Source: Dictyostelium discoideum (Eukaryota). From it: a stretch of 64,000 bases of DNA. The DNA lies in the NCBI GenBank assembly GCA_000004695.1, contig CM000151.3:5376001-5440000 (forward strand). Reading direction: 5' to 3'. How positions within the stretch are numbered: the first letter of the stretch is position 1; the number at the start of each line of letters is the position of its first letter. The notes beneath the pieces are model-generated. The model made no database searches. It had not been told where the DNA came from and saw nothing but the letters and a program-made list of their open reading frames with translations. A program made the translations under genes and the position numbers. This document shows, piece after piece, positions 30,064-44,541 of this stretch.

Positions 30064-30102
30064 ATGGTATACAAATATAAAAAAAAAAAAAAAAAAAAAA
30101 AT

Positions 30103-32018
30103 ATGTTTTCATCACAAAATAATTCATATATGATGATGATGGGTGGTGGTGGTATTGGTAATATAAATAATAATCAATTTTATTCACCAATTATTAGTAC
30201 ATCAGCACAATCATTTAATTCAATAGTAGAATGGAAAAGAGATATTATAAGGCAATTGAATGATAGGAACCAAAATCAAACCAACAATTACTCTGAATTC
30301 ATGAGAATATATACAGATTTATTAAAGAGAGAACGTACATTAAACGATCGTACATTGTTATATGAAAAAGAGATAGTTTCATTAAGAAACGAGAAAAAGA
30401 CACAACAACAACCTCCATCAGGTTCCTCTAAAATGGATTCGTCGTCGTCGTCGTCTTCATCGAATCGTGTTAGTGGTATGGGATCAACGATTGAAGAAAT
30501 GGAGCAAAAACTATTCAAACTTCAAGAAGATTTAACCAATAGTTATAAAAGAAATGCTGATAATGCCTCTAGCATTCTATTATTAAATGATAAGAATAAA
30601 GATTTACAAAATGAATTAATGTCAAAAGAGATTGAAATCGAAAGAATTCGATCAACTATTCAACAAGATTTAGATTCAATAAAAAGATTAGAAATGGTTG
30701 TAATTGAAAAAGAAAATGTTTCACAAATTATTAGAGATGAATTATCATCATTACAAGTAAGTTTTTCAATTTATTTATTGTGGTTTATTATTTAAAATAT
30801 AAAATATTAATTATTATTATTATTATTTATTAGACAGAATTTTTACATAATGAAAGTAAAGTTGTAAAATTAGAACAAGAGAATAGTAGTTTAGTTGAAA
30901 GATGGTTAAGAAAAAAGAATGAAGAAGCAAGTAAAATGAATGAAGCAAATGATTTTTATCAAAAGATGGTAGAACAAAGAGATAGTACACCAGCTAAAGC
31001 TGCTGTACAATTGAGTGAGAGTATTTCGAATTTGGTGGTGAAATTACCAGATGCCAATGATGTACCAATACCTATTGTATTGGAGAGGGGTGTATTTTCA
31101 TCAGAGGCAATGCTACCGAGTAAAGCGAAAAAGAGATGGACAGGTCATAATTCTGAGATCTATTGTATGGCTTTCAATTCAATTGGTAATCTTTTGGCAA
31201 CTGGTGGTGGTGATAAATGTGTAAAGGTTTGGGATGTAATTAGTGGTCAACAGAAATCAACGTTATTGGGTGCCTCACAATCGATTGTATCGGTTAGTTT
31301 CTCACCAAATGATGAATCGATATTGGGCACGAGTAATGATAATTCAGCACGTCTTTGGAATACGGAATTGGGTCGTTCAAGACACACATTGACTGGCCAT
31401 ATTGGTAAGGTGTATACGGGTAAATTCATAAACTCGAATCGTGTGGTCACGGGCAGTCATGATCGTACTATCAAATTGTGGGATCTTCAAAAGGGTTATT
31501 GTACACGTACCATCTTTTGTTTCTCAAGTTGTAATGATTTGGTGATCCTAGGTGGTAGTGGCACTCATTTAGCTAGTGGTCATGTCGATCATAGTGTCAG
31601 ATTTTGGGATTCAAACGCTGGTGAACCAACTCAAGTACTCTCATCGATTCACGAGGGTCAAATCACTTCAATCACAAATTCACCCACAAATACCAATCAA
31701 ATCCTTACAAACTCTCGTGATCATACCCTAAAGATCATCGATATACGTACCTTTGATACAATTAGAACCTTTAAGGATCCAGAATATCGTAATGGTCTAA
31801 ATTGGACTAAAGCTTCTTGGTCTCCAGATGGTCGTTATATTGCATCAGGTTCAATCGATGGTTCAATTTGTATTTGGGATGCTACAAATGGTAAAACCGT
31901 TAAAGTTTTAACAAAAGTTCATAATAATGGTTCTTCAGTTTGTTGTTGTTCTTGGTCACCATTAGCAAATATTTTTATATCTGCTGATAAAGATAAAAAT
32001 ATAATTCAATGGGAATAA
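30103..32018 (+). CDS. atg16: Autophagy protein ATG16 (N-terminal coiled coil plus C-terminal WD40 propeller). Exons 30103..30756, 30834..32018.
   Basis: Exon 2 ...SSLVERWLRKKNEEASKMNEANDFYQ..., ATGGGDKCVKVWDV and GRSRHTLTGHIGKVYTGKFINSNRVVTGSHDRTIKLWDLQKGYCTRTIFCFSSCNDLV align closely to ATG16L1 ([22 protein letters not shown].., [73 protein letters not shown]). The intron has GTAAGT at 30757 and AG at 30832-30833, phase 0. The start could instead be the upstream in-frame ATG at 30064, which would add MVYKYK(K)8N. Confidence 0.85.
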
Positions 32019-33851
32019 AATTTTACAAAGTTTTATAAATAAATAAATAAAAAATAAAAAAAAAAAATATATATATTATTTCTCCCACAAGAATAAACTA
32101 TTTATTATTATTTTTTTTTTTTTTTTTTTAAAAAAAAATCTAAATAAAATCTTTAACTATTTTTAAATTATTACCAAATATATTATTTGCTTTTTTTTAA
32201 AAAAAAAAAAAAAAAAAATCAAAAAAAAGATACAATTAAAAAGATATCTTTTTAATAAAAAATCTTAAAGTTAATCTATTAATTATATTAAAAAAGTTAA
32301 TGTTATTTATTTATAATTTTATAATTTTTTAATTTTATTTTTTTTTTTTTTTATTTTTTTTTTTTTTCATTGTTTGATTAATAATATTTATTTTTTTTTT
32401 AAAAAAAAAAAAAAAAGATTGTTAATGATTATCTTATTGATTATTTGGGTGGTTGATTTCAAGCCTATTCAAAGTGTTTAAATTTTAATATTAAAATATT
32501 TTTATTAATTTTTTTATATTTTTTTTATTTTTCTTTGGAGTGTTTTTAGATTATGTCACTTTTAACTATTTTTGGGTAATCAAAAATAAAAAAATAATAA
32601 AAAGTGAGGCCAATTGAAAATATATAAAAATGGTAAGGGATTTTGTTTTATTATTTGTTATTAAATTTCAGAAACTTGTAAATAATAAATTTTTTAAAAA
32701 AATTCCCTTTTTCAATATTCTCTTTTAGTGGGCCAGGGGCTTTTTTTTTTTTTTTTTATCTCAAATAATATTATTTAAAAAAAATAAAAAACTGACATCG
32801 ACAGTTTGTTTTTCAAAAACTGAATAATTTTTTAATTTCTTTTTTTTTTTATTTTCTTTTTTTTTTTTTCTTTTTTTTTTTTAATTTTTACTTTTTATTC
32901 TTTTTTTTTTTTTTTTTTTTTAACTTACCAATAATATTTAATAAATAATAAATATTAAAAAAAAAAAAAAATCAGAACGAGTGTTATAAATAAAAAAAAA
33001 AGGTAAAAAATAAAAACTAATCAAATAATTGGAACAAAAAAAATAATTGGAAAAAAAAACCACGTTGCGTGCACACCACTCGCATTCTGAAGAATAATTT
33101 ATTTTAAGAAAATAAATATCTAAATTTTTTCTTTTTTTTTTGTTTTTTTTAATTTTTCGTGTCCCCAGGTTTCACCAAAAATAAGACACTTTTTTTTGGT
33201 TTTTTTTTTTTTTTTTTTAGTAAAAATTTCATAAGAATTTTTTTTTTTTAAATTAATATAATAATTTCATCATTTTAAAAACAGTTTGAATAAAATAAAA
33301 ATAATAATACCAAAATCAACGTTTAAACAAATATAGATTGGAAAATAATTTTTAGTAAAAATTTTTAAATAAAAACAAAACAAAATTAAAAATAAAATAA
33401 AAATAATAAAGAAGTGTGAGTGTGTTTCCTTTTATATATTTTTTTTTTTTGTGTTTTGTTTTTTATCTTAATTTTTATTTTTATTTTTATTTTTATTTAA
33501 TTTGTTTTTTTTGTTTTGTTTTTTTTTTTTATTTTTTTTATATTTTTTAATACAACAAAATAATTTTTTAAAATTTCAACAACTTTACTAACACTTTCAA
33601 CACCCACACATAATATTAACAATAACAAAATATAGAATATAGAATATCGCTGTATATACAAATACAACACAAGCATCTATATATATATATATATAAAATA
33701 AATTCATTTTGAAGTTTTGTAACAATAGTATAAAACAGATAAACAGATAAATAGATAATCTTTTTTTTTTTTCCTTAAAATTTTTTTTTTTTTAAAATTA
33801 TAATAATTACACTTATAAAAAATAAAAAAAAAAAAAAAATCAACTTTAAAG

Positions 33852-33888
<37 letters not shown>

Positions 33889-33974
33889 ATACATTAAAAA
33901 AAAAAAAGAAACTTTATAGAAAAAAAAAAAATATATAATAAAAAAAAAAAAACTTGTTTAAACGATCATTAGTA

Positions 33975-35608
<1,634 letters not shown>

Positions 35609-35611
35609 AAT

Positions 35612-35644
<33 letters not shown>

Positions 35645-36016
35645 AGTCTTGAACCAAAAAAAAAAAAAAAAATAAAAAAAAAAATAAAAATAAAAATAAA
35701 AAAATGATATAGTTATTTATTTAATATAATATCATAAAGTACATATATAAATAAAAAAAAAAAATAAAAAAAAAAGTATTCAAAATATAAAATCTTATAT
35801 TTATTAAAAAAAAAAAAAAAAAAAATTATTATTTATTTATTATTTACTTTTAATAATTTCATTTATTATTTCCATTTATTATTTATATTAGTTATTATTA
35901 TTTACAAAGAGTGAGAATCTTATTACTACTATTATTTAATTTTTATTTTTTTTTTCTTTCTTAATTTTTTATATGATTGGCATTATTTTATTTTTAGTAT
36001 TTTTTTTTTTAAAAAA

Positions 36017-36463
36017 TTATTTATTTGGTTTAATAGTTTGCATTACACCAGCTAAACCAGAGAGTAAAGGATTTTCAGCTTTTTCTAATTTATTTTGAAT
36101 TTCATAATTTGAAAATATAATAGTTGGATTGGTCTCTAATACCAAACCACCCATTACCATTTCATCTAAAATATAGTGTACTTTATCAATGTGAAAAATG
36201 AGATCTAATTCACAAACATTTTCAAAACCTATTAATATTTATAAAAATTTCATAATAATAATAATAATAATAATATTTTTGATTAAATTGATTTGTAAAA
36301 ATTATATTGAATTGTTAATTGAATTGAATTATAATTGAATTGCAATTGCAATTGGATTGTAATTGAATTGATTTAATTTAATTTAATTTAATTTTAAAAT
36401 GAAATTAATATGTATGTATGTATGTAAGTATATGAGGGGGGGGGGGGGGGGGTATTAAAATTT

Positions 36464-36494
<31 letters not shown>

Positions 36495-36878
36495 AATAAT
36501 TACATTTATCTAAAGATTCAACAAAAGTTTGGATTAAATCAATTATTGATAATTCACTTTCAGATGAATCAACGCAAAATATAAAAAATAATGTAGCATA
36601 ATGACGATAAATGATTTTTGTATCTTTATCAAATATATTTGAATTATTACCAATTTCTAAAAAATTACATGATCTTTCTGTTCTCTTTGATACTAATAAA
36701 AATAATTCTCTAATAATTTGTTGTTGTTTTTCTTCACTCTATTAAATATTGGTTTTTTTAGTATATATATATCTGACAATTTATGAGAAAATAAAAAAAT
36801 AACACTTACATAATGTTCATAAAATTTAATTAATCTTGGTTTACCATGATTATTTATAATTAATATAGACTTGATCAT
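36017..36878 (-). CDS. ap3s1: AP-3 adaptor complex sigma subunit. Minus-strand exons 36810..36878, 36504..36738, 36017..36228.
   Basis: The spliced product MIKSILIINNHGKPRLIKFYEHY|SEEKQQQIIRELFLLVSKRTERSCNFLEIGNNSNIFDKDTKIIYRHYATLFFIFCVDSSESELSIIDLIQTFVESLDK-C-FENVCELDLIFHIDKVHYILDEMVMGGLVLETN... is near-identical to human AP3S1 (MIKAILIFNNHGKPRLSKFYQPYSEDTQQQIIRETFHLVSKRDENVCNFLEGG...KLIYRHYATLYFVFCVDSSESELGILDLIQVFVETLDKCFENVCELDLIFHVDKVHNILAEMVMGGMVLETN). Donors are GTAAGT at 36809 and GTAATT at 36503; acceptor AGs end at 36739 and 36229; phases are 0 then 1. Confidence 0.85.
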
Positions 36879-37400
36879 TATAAATTATTTTTTTTATTTA
36901 TTTTTAATAGTGCGTCGAATATGTGGTTTGACAATTTTTAAAATAAAAAAAAAAAAAATCCAAAACAAAAAATTTTTTTTTTTATTTTTTTATTTTATTT
37001 TTTTTTTTTTTATTTTTTTTTTGCGATTAATTTGGCGTGGTCATTGGTAGTATTGAAGTGTTTTTATGTTGACAAAAGAAAAAAAATAAAAATAAAAATA
37101 AAAATAGAAATATAATTTTAAAAGTAATAATAAATAAATAAATAAATAATCTGTTTAATCTTTATTTTCAAAAAAAAAAAAAAATTTATATTTTATTGAC
37201 TTTGAAAATCAAAATTTTTTATATTTTATTGACTTTGGAAATCAAATTTTTTTTTTTTTTTTTTTTTATTTTTTTTACATTTTATTTTTTTTTTTTATTT
37301 TTTTTTTTTCACTTTTTTTTTTAAATTTTTTAAATTTCATTTTAACAATTTTATCATCATTTTTTTTTTTTTTTAATATTGATAAATAAATACAAAAAAA

Positions 37401-37571
37401 ATGAACAGATTATTTAAAGTTCAATCTGTAATTTCAAAACCAGTTGGATGGTCAAGCATTAGAAGTTTTCACTCATCTAGTGCAAACTATGTAGGTTTTT
37501 ATTATTAATTATTATTATTATTATTATCATTATTATTTCATCAATTGGTTGTCAGTATTGATGATCAGCTG

Positions 37572-37604
<33 letters not shown>

Positions 37605-39816
37605 AAATAAAATAAAATAAAAAAAAAAAAATTATAAAATAAATTAATAAATTAATTTAAAATAATTATAATTATAATTAATAAATAATAATTTATACAA
37701 ATAATAATAATTTTTATTTATTTTTTTTTTTTTTTATTATTATTATTATTTATAATTATAGATGTTTGAAAAGATTTTAATTGCAAATAGAGGTGAAATT
37801 GCATGTAGAGTTATGGAAACATGTAAAAAGATGGGTATTAAAACAGTAGCAATTCATAGTGATGTTGATAAGAATGCTAAACATGTAAATATGGCAGATG
37901 AAGCAATTTGTGTTGGACCAGCACCAACATCAGAATCATATTTGAATATTGATGCAATTGTAGAGGCAATTAAGATGACAGGTGCACAAGCAGTACATCC
38001 AGGTTATGGATTTTTATCAGAGAATTCAAGATTTGTAAAAGAGTTGGAGAATATTGGTGTAACATTCATTGGACCAGGATCATATGCTATGCATGCATTA
38101 GGAGATAAGATCGAATCAAAACGTATTGCCAAAGAGGCAGGTGTTAGTGTTGTACCAGGTTACATTGGAGAAGTCGATGGTATGGATCATGTTATAAAGA
38201 TTGCCAACGAGATTGGTTATCCAGTTATGGTTAAAGCATCAGCAGGTGGTGGTGGTAAAGGTATGAGAGTTTGTAGAAATGATGAGGACGTTAAAATTGG
38301 TTTCCGTCTCTCAAAACAAGAGGCAAAATCTTCATTTGGTGATGATAGAATGTTGATTGAGAAATACATTGAACACGGAAGACACATTGAGATTCAAGTA
38401 CTCTCTGATGGTGAAAATGCACTTTATTTCCCAGAACGTGATTGTTCAATTCAACGTCGTAATCAAAAGGTTATCGAAGAGGCACCATCACCATTCATGG
38501 ATGAAGAGACACGTACTAAAATGGGTAAAGAAGCTGCCGCCCTCTGCAAAGCCGTAGGTTACAAAAGTGCAGGTACCGTAGAGTTTTTGGTTGATCATGA
38601 CAAGAGTTTCTACTTTTTAGAGATGAATACTCGTCTTCAAGTCGAACATCCAATCACTGAGGAAATCACTAAACAAGATCTCGTCGAACATATGATTCGT
38701 ATTGCCTATGGTGAGAAATTAAAGATTAAACAATCTGATATTAAAATTCACGGTTGGGCAATGGAAAGTCGTGTCTATGCCGAGGATCCATATCGTAATT
38801 TCCTTCCATCAATTGGTCGTGTTAAGAAATACATTCGTCCAAGTGGTCCAGGTATTCGTATCGATGGTGGTATCTTTGAAGGCGCTGAAATCTCAACTTA
38901 CTATGATCCACTCATTAGTAAACTCATTACCTATGGTGAGAACAGAAAGAATGTTATCACCAAAATGAAGAGAGCTCTCGATGAATACTACATCAAAGGT
39001 GTCAATCATAATGTCGCCTTCCTTCGTGATGTCATGGAGAATAAGGATTTCGTCGATGGTAATGTCACTACCGATTTCATTCCAAAGGAGTATCCAGAAG
39101 GTTTCCAAGGTTATAAATTCTCTCCAAAACAAATCGAACAACTCTCAATTTGTGCAGTTTTCTTACGTTTTGTTGAACAACACAAAAATTTGACAAACTC
39201 TTCAAATACAAATCGTACCTCTTCCATTTCACCAGATATTCTTTACATTGCCAAGGTTGAAAATGTTCGTCACTCCATTCATTTCTATCCACTCGATAAT
39301 TCTGAAACTGACGCCGCTGCCAATGGTGCCAATGGTGATGATTCCTCAAGATTCATGGTTCAATTCATCGATCAAGAGAAAGATGGTCAAGTCATTAAGG
39401 AATTTGAATTAAATTTAGTCGATGCAACTCCACAATTTATCAAATTAAACATTGGTGGTATCTCTCATCGTTTCCAAATTCACGATAAAACTTCCACATC
39501 CTACACCCTTCAATTCCATGGTTCAAAGATTCCAGTCACCGTTTTATCTCCAGAAGAAGATTTACTCTGCCAATACATGCCAGTTAAAAAAACTGTTGAC
39601 TCTTCAAACTCTTTAATCTCACCAATGCCTGGTACTATCCTCTCTTTGGCCGTTAATGTAGGTGATAAAGTTGTCCTTGGTCAAGAACTTTGTATCGTTG
39701 AAGCAATGAAAATGCAAAATGTTCTCAGAGCTCCAAAAGATTGTGAAATTAAATCAATCAATGTTAAACCTGGTCAAGTCGTTTCTGTTGATGAAGTTTT
39801 AATTGATTTTAAATAA
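37401..39816 (+). CDS. pccA: Propionyl-CoA carboxylase alpha chain, mitochondrial: biotin carboxylase domain plus biotinyl/lipoyl domain. Exons 37401..37490, 37762..39816.
   Basis: Exon 1 MNRLFKVQSVISKPVGWSSIRSFHSSSANY is a mitochondrial presequence, with a donor GT at 37491 and an AG at 37760-37761. Exon 2 begins [36 protein letters not shown]... and aligns throughout to human PCCA ([32 protein letters not shown]...). The ATP-grasp motifs are present (GYPVMVKASAGGGGKGMR, EMNTRLQVEHPITE), and the C-terminal biotinylation motif is EAMKMQN. Confidence 0.9.
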
Positions 39817-40777
39817 AAATAAAAATAAAATAAAAATAAAAATAAAATAAAATAAAAAAATAAAATAAAAAAAATATTTAATTAAAAAATTATAAAAGAA
39901 ATCTTTAATAATAATTTTTTTATTATACTTTAATAAACTATTATTTGGTATTATAAAAAAATGTTATATATTTTTATTAACATTAGTTAATCATTGTTTA
40001 GTTTATATTTTATTTATCAGGCAATTCAATTATTATTTTTAATTTTAAAATACAGTTTTGTTATAATTAATATTTTTATTTTATTTTTTTTTTTTATAAA
40101 TATCCAGTTATAATTAAAATATCCAATTTTGATTTAAATTTTAAAATTTTTTGGAAGTGGGAGCTATGTTTGGACTGGGACAAAATAAACTTTTCTTTTT
40201 AATTTTATTAGGATAAATTTAAGAGATTTTCAGATTAAATCACATTATATAAACAACCAACAAATTAATAAGACACCGGCTTCAACAACAACAACTCCAT
40301 AGGTTAAGAAAAAGGAAGGTGAAATTGAACAATGAGCTACCGGGGCTCATTTAGAGACCATTTTTTTTGCATTTATTTTTTTATTTTTTATTTTATTCTC
40401 AATTATACAAATTAAGATGGCTGATAATTAAAACCAAAACATCCTGTTTTTTAATATGATGGAGTTTAAAATTAAATAAATTACATATATCAAATATAAA
40501 ATTGTAATTAATTATATGAGTTGTCAAATGAGATTGTTTGGGGCACTGGTTTTGGGTTAAAAAAATTTTGCAAATTAACTTATTATAATTGTTTGATTGG
40601 ATCATTTGAAAGTTAGTTTTATATTTTGCTTTTTTTATTTATTCCAAAATAGATATTCTGTACCATTTACTAAGTAGAGTAGAGCATGAGAGTTTTTCTT
40701 CTCCATTTTAAACGTTCTTGGAGCAATTATTGAAAATAGGAAGTTCTTAAAATGGTGCGTGTGCTTTTAAAAAAAAA

Positions 40778-40850
40778 TGTCAAGTCAGAGGATCGAACTC
40801 TGGACCTTAGGATTATGAGACCTACGCTCTACCAACTGAGCCAACCTGAC
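40778..40850 (-). tRNA. tRNA-Met (anticodon CAT), elongator type.
   Basis: The reverse complement is GTCAGGTTGGCTCAGTTGGTAGAGCGTAGGTCTCATAATCCTAAGGTCCAGAGTTCGATCCTCTGACTTGACA. The 7-bp acceptor stem has one G-U, the D-arm is GCTC/GAGC, the anticodon loop is CTCATAA and the T-arm is CAGAG-TTCGATC-CTCTG. It lacks the A1:U72 and GGG/CCC anticodon-stem features of an initiator tRNA. Confidence 0.85.
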
Positions 40851-41521
40851 ATGTTAATGTTTTTTTGTTTTTTTTGTTTTTTTTTGATCGCCCCACAATT
40901 TTTCATTAAATAACAACAAAAATTTTTTTTAATTAAAATGAAAAAAATAATAAACATTTAATAATTAAACTATTAATTTAACTACACATTAAAAAAACAT
41001 TAAATAATAAAATTGATAGGACTTCACTCAAAAATACAAAAATTTGAAAGGGAACATTCACTCAGCCATTACCATAACAGAATACCTAATCCTTAAATAA
41101 TTTAATTTTACCAAAACTGACTCTAAATATAATGGTTTCTTTTCTTTTTCTTTTATTTGATTTTTAAAATTAAATAATCCTGATATTAAAAAAAAAAAAA
41201 CAAAAAAAAAAAAACAAAAAACCTTTTTTTAAATTTAATATAATATCTACAATGAATTTATTTTGAAAGTTTTTTTTTTTATACAAAGAAAAAGAGTTTT
41301 TTAAAAAAAAAAAAGTTATGAGCACTTCTTTAGTTGATTTTTTTTTTTTTTCCTCTTTTTTTTTTTTTCTTGGTTTTTTTTTTTTTTTTTTACTGATAGG
41401 ATTGGTATATTCTTTAATTATTTGTGTATTATAATAATGATTTCCATATTGTTAAATCGATATATTTTTCTTATAATTTATAAGGAAAAGTAATAATGTC
41501 ATTATTATTAATTATCTTATC

Positions 41522-41568
<47 letters not shown>

Positions 41569-41597
41569 CAAAGAAAAAGGTTTTTACAATTATTATT

Positions 41598-41970
<373 letters not shown>

Positions 41971-42159
41971 TTTTTTTTTTTTTATATATATATATTTATT
42001 TTCTTTTAAAATTAAAAAAAAAAAAAATTATAAATTGATTAATCACAAGTTTTTTTTTTTTTTTTTTTGAGATTTTATTTGTAATTATTTTTGTAATTTT
42101 TACTATAAATGACAACAATGAATGAAATTGAATTTGAAATTGAATATGAGTATATATGT

Positions 42160-42193
<34 letters not shown>

Positions 42194-42549
42194 GGTTATT
42201 ATTTTTGAAATAAATAAATATTTAAATATTTTATAATTCTAACTAAAATATCTTTATTGTTTTAGATTATTTTAATTTTATTTTTAATTTTTATTTTTAT
42301 TTTTAATTTTTTTATTTTTATTTTTATTTTTATTTTTATTTTTAATTTATATATGTTTTAGTTTAATGTTTTTTTTTGCTCTTAGTCTGAAATTTTTTAT
42401 TTTTATTTTTTTTTTTGTTTTTTTTTATTCTAACTGATTTTTTTAAAATTTTTATTAAATTTCGTTATGAATCCAAAAATTATCAGAATTAATTTAAATA
42501 ATGGGATTGATTTATTTTATTTTTGCAGAATGAAGTATTATTTTAAAAA

Positions 42550-42580
<31 letters not shown>

Positions 42581-43074
42581 GGATTTTGATTTATTTTATT
42601 ATTATTTTTATTTTTTTCCATAAAAATTAAAAAAAAAAAAAAAATAGTTATTAAAACAACAATAGCAGTTTTTAAATGAGATTATTTACAATTAAATTAT
42701 AGTTATATAAAATAAATAGTGCAGTTAAAATACTTTACTGTATAAATATATTTGTATAAATAAAAAGTTTGTGTAATATTCTGTGTGTGAATTTTTGTGT
42801 GTAATGTCTTTATGTGTGGTAGGAGTGTGTGTTTGTGTTTATGTTCTTGAATGATTTATTTATATTTAAAAAGAAAAAAATATTATTTGGTAAATTTCAA
42901 AATTTTGATTTTAATTAAATTTTGAAATTGAATTAAAAAATATAAAAAAAAAAAAAAAATAAATAATTATTAAATTTTGTTTTTTTTTAATATTTTTTTT
43001 AAATATTTTTTTTTATTTTTTTTTTTATTCAAGTGGTATGCCACCCATGGTAATAACCCCATTCCTCCCAAAAG

Positions 43075-43113
<39 letters not shown>

Positions 43114-44541
43114 AAATAAAATTTGAAACCAAAACCATTCCCCCTTTGCGTGAGTGTGGGTGTGGTGTTTTTTTTTTTTTTTTTGGTGGATATTCAACAT
43201 TCCCCAATTTAGGAAATTGAAAAAAAAAAAAAAAAAAACAAGATATTAATCAAATTTTTTTTATTGTGTGGTTATCATGGTTGATATAGGAGCGAAATGT
43301 AATTTGTATTTTGTATTTTGTATTTTGTAATTTGTTTTTTTTTTTTTTTTTTTTAATATTACATAAATTTATCATACCAAGTTGGTATGTTGTTATTTTT
43401 GTGGTTTATTATAATAATATTATCAACTCCCAAAAAAAAAAAAATTTAATAATAGAATTTTGTGTGTTTTTTTTTTTTTTTTTTTATTAATGGAATTGTT
43501 ATTATTTTGGGTGCATTGAAAAAAAAAAAAAAAGAAAAAAAAAACAAATCAAGAAAAAACAAATATTGATTATTTACCAATAATACACATTTATCTATTT
43601 TCTAAATTTATATAATTTATACCACACAAAATGATGATTTTTTTTTTTTAATTTTTTTTTTTATGATTATTATAAAAATATTAATTACCTTTTTTTTTTT
43701 TATCTACACAAAGCGACAATCATTAATATTATGACAATAGATTTTACTTTTTATTTTATTATTTGTATTTAATTATAAATATATAGATATATATTTATTG
43801 TATTTTCTAATCTTTAATTTTTTTTTTTTTTTTTTTTAGTAATGTTAATTTTACTAATGAAGGTTTAATATATAAAAAAAAAAAAAAAAAAAAAAAATAA
43901 TAATTTATATTGAAATTTAAAAAATGGGAAATTTGAAAATTTTTTTCAAATTAAAATTATTTTATTTTATTTTTTATTTTATTTTTTATTTTATTTTATT
44001 TTTTTTTTTTTTTATGGTTAACCAAGGGTCCCAATTAAGTTAAAGAACAAGAGAAATCAAATTTGACTTTTGAAAAATTAAAGTGAAAAAAAAATCAAAA
44101 AAAAAATCAAAAAAAAAAAAAAAAAAAACTAATTTGGAAAATGTTTTTAAAAAAAAAATTAAATAAAAAATAAATTTAAATGTTTTAAAAAAAAAAAGAT
44201 ATTTTTTAAGTATCTCATTCTATCTCCAAAATAATTTTTTTTCACTTTACAACTTGGCATAAAATCATAGGAATAGAATATATGTTACTACTGGTGATAT
44301 TAATTACTTCTATGAATTTTTTTTTTTTTTTTTTGGATGAGGGGTTTATTTTAAATATTTTTATATTTTAAAGATTTCAATTTGGAATGATTTGGAATGA
44401 AAAAAAAATAAAATAAAAAAAAAATGTGAAAAAGAAAAATAAAAAAATAGATTATAATAATTCCATTTTTAATTAACCCACTCCAGTAAATTTAAATTTA
44501 AATTGAATTTGAATTTAAAGCCAATGTTTTTTCATATTTTT

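Noticed and set aside
30064-30102. ATG16 starting at 30064 (MVYKYKKKKKKKN…).
   Set aside because: This is not firmly rejected. The upstream ATG is embedded in the A-run of the 5' region, and the conserved N-terminus begins near the second ATG (30103), so I used 30103 and flagged the alternative.
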